DNA of 59,586 nucleotides, counting the filler, from Sluysia triapertura (taxonomy: Eukaryota): assembly GCA_046118255.1 (NCBI GenBank). It is 5 parts of 5 records of this genome, joined end to end, with 100 filler letters (N's around TTAATTAATTAA, not from the genome) between each part and the next. Parts side by side here need not be neighbours in the genome. Positions count along the whole stretch, not along the records: positions 36,588 to 47,481 come from JBJNIA010191852.1; positions 47,582 to 59,586 come from JBJNIA010148164.1; 3 more parts are not named here. The stretch is one strand, 5' to 3'. A program made the position numbers and the translations under genes. Below the pieces are notes generated by a model. That model saw only the letters and a program-made list of their open reading frames with translations, did no database searches and was not told the origin of the DNA. Below, in pieces: positions 40,264 to 52,200 of the stretch; the stretch's first letter is position 1; each line of letters opens with the position of its first letter.

Positions 40264-41060
40264 TTGAAAGGTGATCCAGCAACTTTTCACGATGTACGAA
40301 TTCCGTGTTATCAGGATGTAAATATGTTATATTATATATTGATGATATAATAATTTTTTCAAAAGATTTAGAAACCCATGTGAAGGATATTGACAACATC
40401 TTAAATAGGCTAAAGGTGGCTAGACTAAAAATAAAACCTTTCATGTGTTTGGACAGAAAAACAAGTTGAATTTTTAGGGCAAATAATATCATTAATATCA
40501 CATAATGTATTAAGTCGATTCATAGAAATTTCGAAAAAGTAATTAAATTTAAACAGCCTAGTAATATAAAAAAGGTTCAATGTTTCTTGGTACTCGTAAA
40601 TTATTATAGAAGGTTCATAAATAATTTAGCAAAAATTGAAAAAAAATAAGGAAACTAATCAAAAAAGATATTTAGTTCAAATGGACAGGCAACTGCATTT
40701 GCGCAATTAAAAGAAAGACTGACTACGGATTGCCGGATGTTAATAAAACTTTTATATTAATCGCAGATGCAAGTAATTATGTCATTGGAGCAATATTAGG
40801 ACAAAAAGACGGTAATAAGCTCGAAACAGTTAAAGCTTATAACCTAGACTATCCTACTATAGAAATAGAATGTTTGGCTATCTTTATGCTTGTAAATTGT
40901 TTAGAAACTCTTTGGTCAAAAAGTTTACCGATGCATACCGATCGTAAACCTTTAACTTATTTGCATAATCACAGGTTTGAAGTAAGTAGATTAAGTAAAT
41001 AGTTTAGAATTCGATGTGGAAATTATTTACAAACATGGTAATCAAAACAATGAAGCTCAC
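40264..41060 (+). pseudogene. Gypsy pol: reverse transcriptase + RNase H remnant
   Basis: LKGDPATF/RCTNSVLSGCKYVILYIDDIIIFSKDLETHVKDIDNILNRLKVARLKIKP; VQCFLVLVNYYRRFI; PDVNKTFILIADASNYVIGAILGQ; YPTIEIECLAI; HTDRKPL. Confidence 0.92.
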
Positions 41061-41260
41061 AAATCTAGATAGTAAAAGGAATATAAATTTCATGCTAGTT
41101 GTGATAATCTCGAGTAAAATAGGAAATAAAGGATAAAAACTCTTCTATATTAGATGTCATGACAAAGGGCACAATAAACGAACACAAATTAAAAGATTTA
41201 CTTTTACCGATGAAGGCAGAAACTTATCTGCAAGCAAGACATTGTCAAAATTAATATTAT

Positions 41261-41880
41261 TTGGAATTCACGGAAAATGTCATCAAAAATGGTTTAAAGA
41301 CTAAATATGCAGGATTAAAAACAAAAGTGCTATTAAAACCCATGTTTATACCATTATCAATCATGGAACTCGTGCACATTATGGACATAATGGGTTCACT
41401 TCAGAAAAAAATTAGCGAAAATAAATACATTGTTGTGCTTGTGGATTACTTAACCAAGTGTCCTGAGGCGCATCTGGTAGCACAAGTCTTAGTGGAAAAG
41501 AATATCTACAGATGCGGTACTCACAGATCAGGGCACGAATTTTACAAGTGGAATAATCAAATCTGTTGAAAAGATTTTTGATATCTTAAAAATTTATACT
41601 TCACCGTGCCATCCCCAAACTAACGGACCAGTTGAAATATTCAATAAGACACTAACAAAAACGTTAATGATAAACAAAATGTTAATGATATGTTAATTAT
41701 AAACTAAATGATTGGGATTTATACACTGCCGAAGTTCTATTCATCCAGCAACCAATTTTAGACCATTTTACTAATATGCGGCAGAAACTCAAATAAGCCT
41801 GTTGATTTGGACTGGATACCACCAACATCTCAATGTTTAGAGGTGCCAAAATATGTAAAATTTATGCGAGAAACTTTACA
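41261..41880 (+). pseudogene. Gypsy pol: integrase (rve) remnant
   Basis: DIMGSL...NKYIVVLVDYLTKCPEA; frameshifted TDQGTNFTS...YTSPCHPQTNGPVEIFNKTL. Confidence 0.9.
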
Positions 41881-42060
41881 AAAAGATGGAATCGAGAAGG
41901 TTTACAGATAAAATGCTCTCAAGAAAATACTCATCAACCTGTTCATTAAAAATCCAAATAATAAACGCTGACATGCGAATTACCACCAAAATAAATTAAA
42001 AATTGATAAAACGATTTTAAAATTTAAGCCAAAAAGCAAGACCGTGATAAACCACTTTCG

Positions 42061-42330
42061 ATCCATTCATATATTTCAAACCTATATCTAAACGGCGGAT
42101 GGATTAAAGCTGACGTCGAAACTGGTGCCACAAAGTGAGGTGGGAAATAGTTTACAGTGACAATCGAACTCCAGTAGATATTAACGGAATATTATTATGT
42201 TTTATAACAATTTATAAGCGTATAAAAGCACATAAGAGTATATATAATTTTATGGGCTAGTAGCCTATTTGAATATATAATAGGAATGGATGTCATCGAA
42301 GAACTTTATGACATGGTAATTCATAGAAAA
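42061..42330 (+). pseudogene. Retropepsin-like aspartic protease remnant located downstream of integrase
   Basis: LYLNGGWIKADVETGAT (cf. INGxxxxALVDTGAT), flap-like SDNRTPVDINGILLCFITI, and FEYIIGMDVIEEL (cf. ILGMDFL), with correct order and spacing. Confidence 0.7.
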
Positions 42331-43093
42331 TACTGTTTTGTAAAACTAACGCAATGATCACATATGATAGTATCGCAAATTATTGTCAACATATTGGTGA
42401 GGAATTAACTTTGTTATTAACACCAATTCCAGATTTAGCCCTGCAATTTTCTGAATCCGTAACACAACTTACCAAATTCAGTAGTTTCACTGCCAGAATT
42501 ACCTTATTTTCAATTTCCCGATCTAAGTCATTTTTTCAATCAGTAGTATCATCTGAAGAAACCTCGGATTCGTGTGGGATAAGTTTTAATGCTTGTAACT
42601 ATCATAAATAAGAACAGAAAAAATAAAGGACATTCTTTTCGGATGAAGAATATTATTACACTCATAAAAGTTGCAGAACATTAGCAAGAATTTAAAATAT
42701 GAATGTAGCTACGAATAATGGAAAGGAAAAATCATGATTACTAATTTTTATAATCACTACTGGAAAATAGTATACTTTTGGAAAAAGTTAATCTTAAGAA
42801 ACATTTTGGAGGTATGTTGTATTTATCTAAATCCATTAATAATTTGTAAACCACACCATATTGACCATATACCGCGCTGTCTGAATTATGCGTAAGATCT
42901 ATGTTAATAGGATTTACTCTAGATAATGCGACAAATACAAATAGAAACTTCATAGAAAACACCACAAAATGCATCAAAAAAACATTGACAAGATAACTAG
43001 TAAGATAACTCGTATAAGCCACTCCATAAGAAATATTTCAAGAAAAATTCGCTAATTTATGACAATGTACAATCCACTTATAAATTATTTATA

Positions 43094-44310
43094 ATGTTAT
43101 TATCATTCACCATTTTATACGTCCGTTGGACTAAGTTTTATTTACTCAATTTCGGTAAAAACCTTAGAATGCACAAAAATAATGGAAATCTATACATGTG
43201 GCGAACCACCACCGCCAATCTATGAATGCCAACCGAAAACCACGGCCCACTGATATATGGCAGTTTCAAGTGACAAATTTAAGTTCCACTCTGATTGTTT
43301 ATGTTTGTATGTCACGTATTTCTAACACGCACGCATTATTAACAAAAGCATATGTAGAAAACCCTATGGCAAAGAATTTTCAACCTCATTTAGCAACAGA
43401 AACTGGTCAGATTCAAACTTTCGAAGAAATGAAATCAACTTGTATAAAATGTTGCATAATGAATTGGTGTCAAATGAATCCCATATTAGTAATTATGTTT
43501 TTTATTGGATAATAGTTTGTAGTAATCTTTTCGAGCATAAGATGTTTCATATTCGAATTCGAATACGAACCGAAACATCATTCAAAATTCATGTTAGTGC
43601 AAAATCATAAGATTCGAACTAAACCCTTTGCCTTTTATTAGTTCTACACAGCCATCGAATGTCCAGTGTTGATTTATAGATGTGCTTGAGATATTATTCA
43701 GATAAATAATCCTCTAAAAGATAATGCTGCTATTGTGGCATACTCATTATGGATTCATAAATCCTATTTCAAATATATGATTACACCAAATATACGATAC
43801 AGTATTAAGTAGAATAGAAGCACATGATACGGATGATTTTTGGTTAAATATGATTTAAGAATGTAGTGTTTCAACCACGCACTATAATCCCATTGTCGTT
43901 CTCATACATAAATTCACACAACTCATAATTCTACATATTACTACTTCAACTCACGCAATATAAAATCCTACACTAAAATATATTTAAATTATTAACCGTT
44001 AAATTTACCAGCAATTATATTACATCACATGAACGTCACACATTATTAATTCATTGTACTCGGCATAATTCATAAATTATAAAACTTCAGGTCACAAAAT
44101 CTTGTAACAAAAGCAAATTAATTTGATAAATTATAGTAACCAAATACGTAATATTTTGCTTGTGTTGCATCAGTCCTCATCATCGCCATTATCAGTTATC
44201 TTTTTATTTATTTATGTATCAATTTCAAGTACGAAACAACAGACTCCGGGCTCAATGTGTTAAATGAACATCTTTTTCGTAAAATTACCTATTTTCTCAA
44301 AAATTGTTTT
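43094..44310 (+). pseudogene. env-like (membrane glycoprotein) ORF remnant
   Basis: Hydrophobic N-terminus MLLSFTILYV; Cys-rich segment ECTKIMEIYTCGEPPPPIYECQP...HSDCLC...INKSICRKP with NxS/T sequons; C-terminal TM-like YFACVASVLIIAIISYLFIYLCI (44152-44220). Confidence 0.5.
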
Positions 44311-47300
44311 TTTATTAAAAATAAGTTTTAATTGAAATTTACCTATTAATTAAAAATTATATAAATTAATTAAAAATTATTAATTAATTAAAATTTTGTT
44401 TTAATGTGTCATCATTTCCGCAATAATTTCTTTTATTAGTATTATAATTATAATTTTATTTTTAATTTTAATTTTATAATTATATTTTATATTTCAATTT
44501 ATATTTTTATACACATTCTAAAAAATACTATGTAATGAATTTCTGCAATTTTCTAAAAAATATATTCGTATTACTGCTCAGATGATGTACATTCACGATA
44601 AAAGTTATTGAGACTTTAATTTCAAATATTATGAGTTTTCTTATGCAAATGTTAAACAGATTCCAAATAGATTACAACATTCTTAGAGTTGAAGCAATTC
44701 TCAAAATTAACGTTATAAGAGATCAAACATTTCTTCGAATTAACGTTGACAGAGATGAAATATTTCTCTGCGATTATGTTTTTAGAGACGAAACTTCTCA
44801 CAATGGAATCCGTAAAGGGTTCTACACTAATTCAAAATATTTTTAGAAATATTAGTAATTTTGAAAATTGTTCTCAACCAGTTCGACTAATGTTTGTAAA
44901 ACTGTTCATTACATTTGTTAAACGTTAAATAATCATGTTATACGCAGCAAATTGTTTAATTTGTAAGATGACTTAAGACATTGTGCTAATTTAAAATATT
45001 ACTATGAACGTTCTCAAAGTGTATTACTTACTGAATTTCCTTGTTTCTTTTTTCGAAAGATTCAGATAAAGAGCTATAGATTAAAATGTTTAAAGTAAGT
45101 TGCACATTTAATGACTATTGTGAGTCGTCCGTCTTTAAACAATAAAACACAAAGACTACTTAAAATTTTAAATTTGAATTCTCGCGAATTAAACGTTAAA
45201 AGAGTACATGCTTATGAAGTCTTGTGCTGTGGTTTTTCTAGCACTTAACCTACGGCAAATTATTTTTTAGCAGGTTTCGTTGGCACTCCTATAACTAACA
45301 AGTTAAAGATTACTTTAAAATAATGTCTCTGCTAAATAAATTAACTTAGGAGGGTCTTCATCTACTAAATAAACTTAATAATTTAATAATCAATTAACAC
45401 AAAAAATTAAATTATTTATTAGACAAAATCTACAAAAAAGTTATTAAATTCAGAGATTAGAGTATAGAAATAAAAATAAACAAATATTATTAAAGATTAA
45501 AGCTCCGAGAGCATTTAATCTAATTTTAATCAAACTTTACGTTGAGTTTACCCCTCATATATCGGGGACTTATAAAACTTTATAAATTAAATGATAATTT
45601 AAGTATATTTTGCGATTTTAACTTCAAAAGTTAAAATCCAACCTTACAAATATATAAATTACCAAATTCCAAAATCGCTATCCAAATTCCAGTATTATCG
45701 CGATCAGTTTGAAGGCATTAAAATCCAAAAAGGTGACTGATGAAAATAACTAATATGGCGACTATTAACTACGATTGATTGATACAAGATGGCTGATTAA
45801 ATACAAATGGCGATTTTCATTGTATGATTCCAGTTTATATACTAGTCATCATCCAATGAAAATCGATGGAATGTTCTAAAATATTCTACATTTTAGAAGC
45901 TTCTAATCTATTTTCAGAAGCTTATTTTCTATTTTCGAAATTTTATTTTCTTTTTTGGAAAATAAATTTCTTTTTTGGAAAATAATTGTTTTTTGAGTAA
46001 TTTTACAAATTAATAATTGATTTTCAAGTATTCTATATGTTTTTAATTAATTTTTTATAATTCTAAATATTTTAAATTAATTTTAAGTTATTATTTTATC
46101 ATTTTTAAATCATTTTAGAGGGTCGTGATTGCAACCTAACATAAGTTAAGCATCACTTTTCAAATAAAAGTGTATGTATTATTATTTCCTTGTATTAAAA
46201 ATTAAATAAATTCATTAAGTGTTTTATTCAAAAAACTAACTTACAAAATGATTTTAATGTAGGGTTTTTCTGTATTAAGCGATTTATATCCTTAAAGAAG
46301 ATGTTTCTGCAAAATTTTTACAAAAATTCTGCAATTATAAATGCTTGTTTCGTCTATATTGTTCTGATGGTTTTTCCTAACTCAACGATGAATTTACCTT
46401 TATTTACGCTAACAATATTGATCATGATTTTTCTTAATTAATGTGTTAATTAACTTTATCTTTAAGTATGTTGTGTTATATATAAGCTTATAATTTCTTA
46501 TACTAACAATTATAGTGTTTATCTTATGGGTTCGCCTGTAATTTGTGATTTATATCTCTGTGGAAGACATAATTGTAGGATTTCGTCAGTTAACAACGAA
46601 AAGATTCCCTAATCTTTGCTATGTAATAAAATTTTCCTTACTAATAGCTAGTAAGTCTTTCACAACACTTACAGTTTATTTTACTGTTAAGCTTTTATAA
46701 ATAATGTTTAACGAAATTTAAAATTATCTCTAGATTTCGCGTTTTGGGAGGACTTAAAACTCTTTAAAGTTATTCAAACTTATTAAACTTTTAAAGTTTA
46801 ACCAATTAACAATTAAAATAGGCTTAATGTCTTTAAAAACAAGAATTAACTTTAAAGACATATAAACGACGAAATTTTAGTTTTTTTATTTAATAATATA
46901 AGAATCAAAAACATAAAAATAACATACATGATTGTTTGTATAAAAGCAGAAATTATATTATCTTGTAACATTAGAATTGCCAAACATTTTTGACAGTTTT
47001 GTTTGGTAATTAAATTTGAAAACATTGTTAAAATCTCCTTTCAAACCAATTATTCAGTAAATATTTTCATAAACTTTTTAATATTGATTTTTTTAAGGTA
47101 AGTTATTAAATAATATTAATTTTTATAATTTATTTTCATTTTATAATTTCAGGTGATATCATTTATAGAAATAATAATAGTTTTAATAGTAGTACTAGTA
47201 GTAGTGATAGTAGTATTTTTAGTAGTAATTACAATAGTAGTAGTAATAATAATAACCATATATTTTTAATTAAATTTTGTTTACTGATTATTTTAAGCAA

Positions 47301-47424
47301 CTAAAATCTAAATAAAAATTAAATGTAAAATAAACAAAAATAATAAAAATATTTTTAATAATAATGATAATAATAATAAGTATAATAATAGTCATTATAT
47401 TATTATCATATCAAGATCATTAAT

Positions 47425-47427
<3 letters not shown>

Positions 47428-47461
<34 letters not shown>
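47428..47461. repeat. (TA)n microsatellite near the contig end
   Basis: Directly visible. Confidence 0.95.
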
Positions 47462-47464
<3 letters not shown>

Positions 47465-47481
47465 CACTACCCTTATTATTA

Positions 47482-47581
47482 NNNNNNNNNNNNNNNNNNN
47501 NNNNNNNNNNNNNNNNNNNNNNNNNTTAATTAATTAANNNNNNNNNNNNNNNNNNNNNNNNNNNNNNNNNNNNNNNNNNNN
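47482..47581. other. Assembly spacer N44-TTAATTAATTAA-N44
   Basis: Identical 100-bp linker. Confidence 0.97.
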
Positions 47582-48332
47582 CAAGTTTGGTATAAAGCGT
47601 ATATACTAAGCGAACTGACCCTACAGATAATTTGTTAGGAATAAGGAAAACACTAACATTAATATGCGATAACAGTTGCCATTCCTTAGTTTTAAATTGA
47701 TTACATGCATTTAATTTTTGGAGACATTGTACTTTCGCTGCACCGTCTTTGGTTTATTTATTTGTGTAACTCTACATTAAAAGTTAATTGTAATTAAAGT
47801 TAATTTTACAATATTAATTGTATTTACAGGTTACTGTTAATTGTAATTAAATCCGAAAAAATATTTGAGATATTTAATTTATATTTATTTAGATGCATTT
47901 TAGTTTAAATCTTATTTTAATTTTCTGAATTGTGCGGTTAAAATTATAAGTGTTAATTTAAATTATTGGAAATGCGGAACAATTATAAAAAGAATAACTC
48001 TTAATTTAACAAATCAAAAATTGTTAATTATTTGAATACTGTGTTATTTTTATGCTTCACGTTATAAAATAAAAATAATTCAAATAAAATTTATACTAAC
48101 ATTATGGTATAATTTGCTAAATCATAATTAAAATATTTTAACAGTTACTTAATATCATTGGTAGGAGTTACTATGTTTTCACATTTATACATTTTTAATT
48201 AAATATATGCACTTTTTAATTCATATCTTCACTTTTTTCTAACTTTCAGCGCACAAAACCAGGCTGCCTCTTAAAAAAACTAAGAACTAAGGTTGTAAAA
48301 ATAAAAATTCAAATGTTATCGATATTGTATAC

Positions 48333-48359
48333 GGGTCTTATACACCCTGAAATACGGTA
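48333..48359 (-). mobile_element. Solo pogo/Tc2-type terminal inverted repeat
   Basis: Reverse complement TA-CCGTATTTCAGGGTGTATAAGACC resembles the TA-CCGTATTT..CG..TATAAG ends of pogo/Tc2 elements. The partner end was not found. Confidence 0.45.
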
Positions 48360-48623
48360 ATTGATGTAAAATTTTATAATAATATTTATAATTAAAAAAT
48401 ATATTTCTTCCTGTTGTTTTTATTTGCTAAAAATATTGTTCGCAAATTTGAAGTTTTATTATTTAAATGTTAATTGCTATATTTATCATATCTTTTATAT
48501 AACTTTTGAAATTTAGATTTAATTTTTTAAGAAGATATTAATAAATGTTTTATAAATTTTTATATAAATAATTTTTAATATTTTGTATAATTTATATTTG
48601 AATTTCATTTTAATACATGTGAA

Positions 48624-49235
48624 ATGTTCGTTTTGTCAATATTAACTTATTTATGGTACGGGTTAGCTCTTTTATTGATTGTATTATGTCTTTCGTTTGG
48701 ATTGTATTACTTAGCAGAAATAGTTGAAGAATATACAGTTGCTACTGGAAGAATAATAAAATATCTAATTATTTTCGAGTTTGCTTTAAATTTTGCATTT
48801 TTATTTTTGAACGAAATATCCATTTATTTAATTCTCATTTCTTTCGTAACTAATGGATTTTACTCGATTATGCTTAAAACATATCCTACTTTTTATTACA
48901 CTTCATTCTCATTTATCGGAAGTTGTATTTGTTGTATATTATATCATTACGTTGCCTTTAGGTGTATAGTAATAAATTTGCCTGGTTATGAACATATTGA
49001 TTTTGTCAGTATACTGACCTATTTTACATTTTGCATTTGGCTGATACCTTTTATGTTTATATTGAGTTTATCTGCAAATGATTATTTATTACCTCAAACA
49101 GTATCTAAAAGTAGAAAAGAAATAAATATGTTTGATGACAGTTTCGGAGTAATGAGGAAAAAAAGAAAAAACTTTTTAGGTATAATGAAATTTATAAAAG
49201 AAATTATATTTGGCAAAAGTATTCGGACTTTTTAA
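48624..49235 (+). CDS. TEX261: TEX261 / Svp26-family ER-Golgi transmembrane cargo adaptor, single exon
   Basis: GLYYLAEIVEEYTVATGRIIKYLI and CIWLIPFMFILSLSANDYLLP signatures; intact 203-aa multi-TM ORF from ATG to TAA. Confidence 0.93.
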   Translation: MFVLSILTYLWYGLALLLIVLCLSFGLYYLAEIVEEYTVATGRIIKYLIIFEFALNFAFLFLNEISIYLILISFVTNGFYSIMLKTYPTFYYTSFSFIGSCICCILYHYVAFRCIVINLPGYEHIDFVSILTYFTFCIWLIPFMFILSLSANDYLLPQTVSKSRKEINMFDDSFGVMRKKRKNFLGIMKFIKEIIFGKSIRTF

Positions 49236-52200
49236 TGTTTAATATATGTTTCATAGTTTTTTAATTTATATTTATCGCATTAATTAAAACGCAACTAATC
49301 ACATTTGTGAAGTTTTACAAATTAAAATTACAAGTTTTTTATTGTGTAATAATTACATATTGGTGATTATACCTAATCAAGTACTGTAATTATATTAATA
49401 TTTAGACAGAATGAATTATTCCGATTTTATAGAAGTAGTTATATTCCCTATTATATATTAAAAATTAAAATGTATGTAGCATAATTACGTGCTATGAATT
49501 AATTTACTTATAATGTATTATAAACTATGTAATCAATATAAAATAAACGGTAGATGAATAATAGTTACATACCTACTATAGTCCCAATAATACAATAATT
49601 TGAAAAGTAATTGTATTTTGAAATGTTGTAATCCATATGAGTTGTATTATATTAAGTATTTCAACTTTAAGTAAAGCTAATAACTCTAATTACCTGATAC
49701 TTTAAATGTTAAGTATAATAATGTTTTACTTGTCTTAATTTTCATCTTTATAACCTGATTAATCGATTTATAATTAGCTAAGAATCATAATAAGTATAGC
49801 TATATTAATAAAGTTTTAGTATCGCTAAAGGTATCAATAGTAATAGATATAGTCACAAGATTTTAATTAAATGCTTTAAAGTATTATTTAACCTAATGTA
49901 ATTAAAGATACTCCTGGAAATGATAAGATTGCGGAAACCTTTGTATAGTACAATAACCTAGCTTCTTATCACTGAATTCTATATAGATTATTATTATGTC
50001 TCAATGAGATATTCATCTTCCTTCCCAATTTTTGTATTATTTCTAAAAGATATTCAGGACTTCCGTAATGTAAGCATTTGTAAATTATTGTCATGATTTT
50101 AAATTCTATGCTTGCTTTTATTGGCAACCAATATTTTGTTTGTTGTTTTTCTTTTATATTTGTTTTTATTCATATATTTTTTATAATTCCTCTCCCTTTA
50201 TCACTATTATTATTCTTATTATTTCTGCTACTTTTACTTACATGTTTCATTATATTGTTCAAGACTTTTCAAGAGAGATCATTCATTACAACACTTCTAA
50301 ACATAAAGAACATTAGTAAAAATTATGATTTTACCAAAAAGAATTCTAACGCTATCGAAATTCAATTTATAGCTATAAAAATAATGCATCATCTTATTCT
50401 CTAGTAATAATTTAAATTTCTTTGCTAATATGGATTCTTACTTTAGATATACTTTATAAAATTCGTATATGCTTGTAATACACTCTTAACTTTTATTAAT
50501 ATGAACTCTTAGTTTTGGGTAAAAATTAACTTTCTTTACTTGTATAAATTCTTATAATTTAAACTCTTTAATAATAATAATATTTGGATTTAACTGGTAG
50601 TAAAATGCAAAGTCTAAGATTTTGAATATAAAAATTGTTACTCTTTCGCTAAACTCAAGAATTTTTTATGTACCATCTATATCTTTTAATTAACTTCTTA
50701 AATTTTAAGTGTTATATTAATTAATTAAACAAATTGTCTGGAGGTTTGAATTAGTTGTTCAGGATAGAAGTGCTTAAAAATTATAATTCTCTATAATTTA
50801 TTTGTTCATATTCATGTATATGTGTGAAAAGATTTTACTTTTATTTCTAAACTTATTAGATTCAACTTATAAAGTTATATATAATAAGTCACAAAATAAT
50901 ATTATACAAAAAATTGAATTTATCTATACAATAATATTATTCTAAAATTGAATACTATATAGAAAATTAAAATATTATTAATATTATCATTTCTTCGGCT
51001 AAAATTGAATATAATATAATTTTATATTATTATTGTTTTACATGTAATTTTGTCTAATTCTTAGTTTAAGTTAATTTTGATCGAAAATAATATTATTTAT
51101 TTTTAATTACTTAATAATTCTCTTCAATCTAAAATTAATATAATTTTAACTTACATATTACAGTATTCTAAATCATGTTTTAAGATAATTCTAATCGGAT
51201 TTTATGCTCTTAAAGTTTGATTTCATATTGCTCTTATTGATTCTTAATTTAAGATACTTTCTCAACTGTAATAGTAAGGTTTAATATTTATAAATTGTAG
51301 TTTCATATTATATTTATTGAATCTCACTTTAAAATAATTATCCATACACTCTCATCATATTAAATTGTGCACTTCTCTGTTTAGCTATTTTATTAATTGG
51401 AATAAGAGCAGTTATATTTACTGCAATTTTTTCATTATTTATAATACCTATTAGTTCGTTGTTATCTCCTGCTAACTCCATATTTCGAAGGTATGTATCG
51501 GACGTTACATACAATTATCTAAAGCGTAAACACTTAATTCATAATATAAAATGTGATAAAAAGTTTCTTATTTATAATGTGTTCTACTCAATTTTTCAAC
51601 ATTTGCTAATTTCAGAATCTTTTATAATAATTTTAAAAACAATGGACTCATTATTATAAAGCTAGATTCGTTTTATTCTGAACTATTTATTTATTTTTTT
51701 GTTGTTTTTGAAGGTTATAAGAATTTATATTCTGTTATTTACGTTTTATACAAAGAATAACCTCCTTTATTTACATGATCACTATTCGTTTTTGTCTAAC
51801 ATAATTGTACTGTGTAGTATCCTTGAATTGTTTATTGTACTTCATTTTTTATCGCTTCATGTTTCAAATTTTATTGGCAATAATAGTTTCATATTATGCT
51901 ATAAGCAATATATTCTGTAAAATGTCACTTTTAATCTTATACGCATTTGGATATCAGTATGGTGTAACACGTTTTAGACTCGGTTTATTACGATTTATTT
52001 TAAACATTTTTATTGTTTAATATAATATTCGTCATTTTGAATTTTTTTACTTTGTTAAAATTTATAAGTTATTTTTACAGCCTTAAACCGCCATTCAACC
52101 TTTCAAGTAATATGTCAGAATTTTGTTTAAAGTTAAAAAATTCAATGTCAAAAAATAGACAAAAAATTTTATTTCATTTCCAAAAAAATTCATGATTTAA

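Larger units (their letters stand above)
38077..44310 (+). mobile_element. Decayed Ty3/Gypsy LTR retrotransposon (gag?-RT-RNaseH-integrase-protease-env-like)
   Basis: RT YIDD (40335), RNase H ADAS (~40760) and integrase motifs (41380-41660) in Gypsy order, with many stops and frameshifts. Outer boundaries are approximate. Confidence 0.85.

Noticed and set aside
47178-47250. AGTAGT repeats as a Maverick terminus
   Set aside because: Part of a degenerate (AGT/AAT)n simple repeat with no associated TIR.
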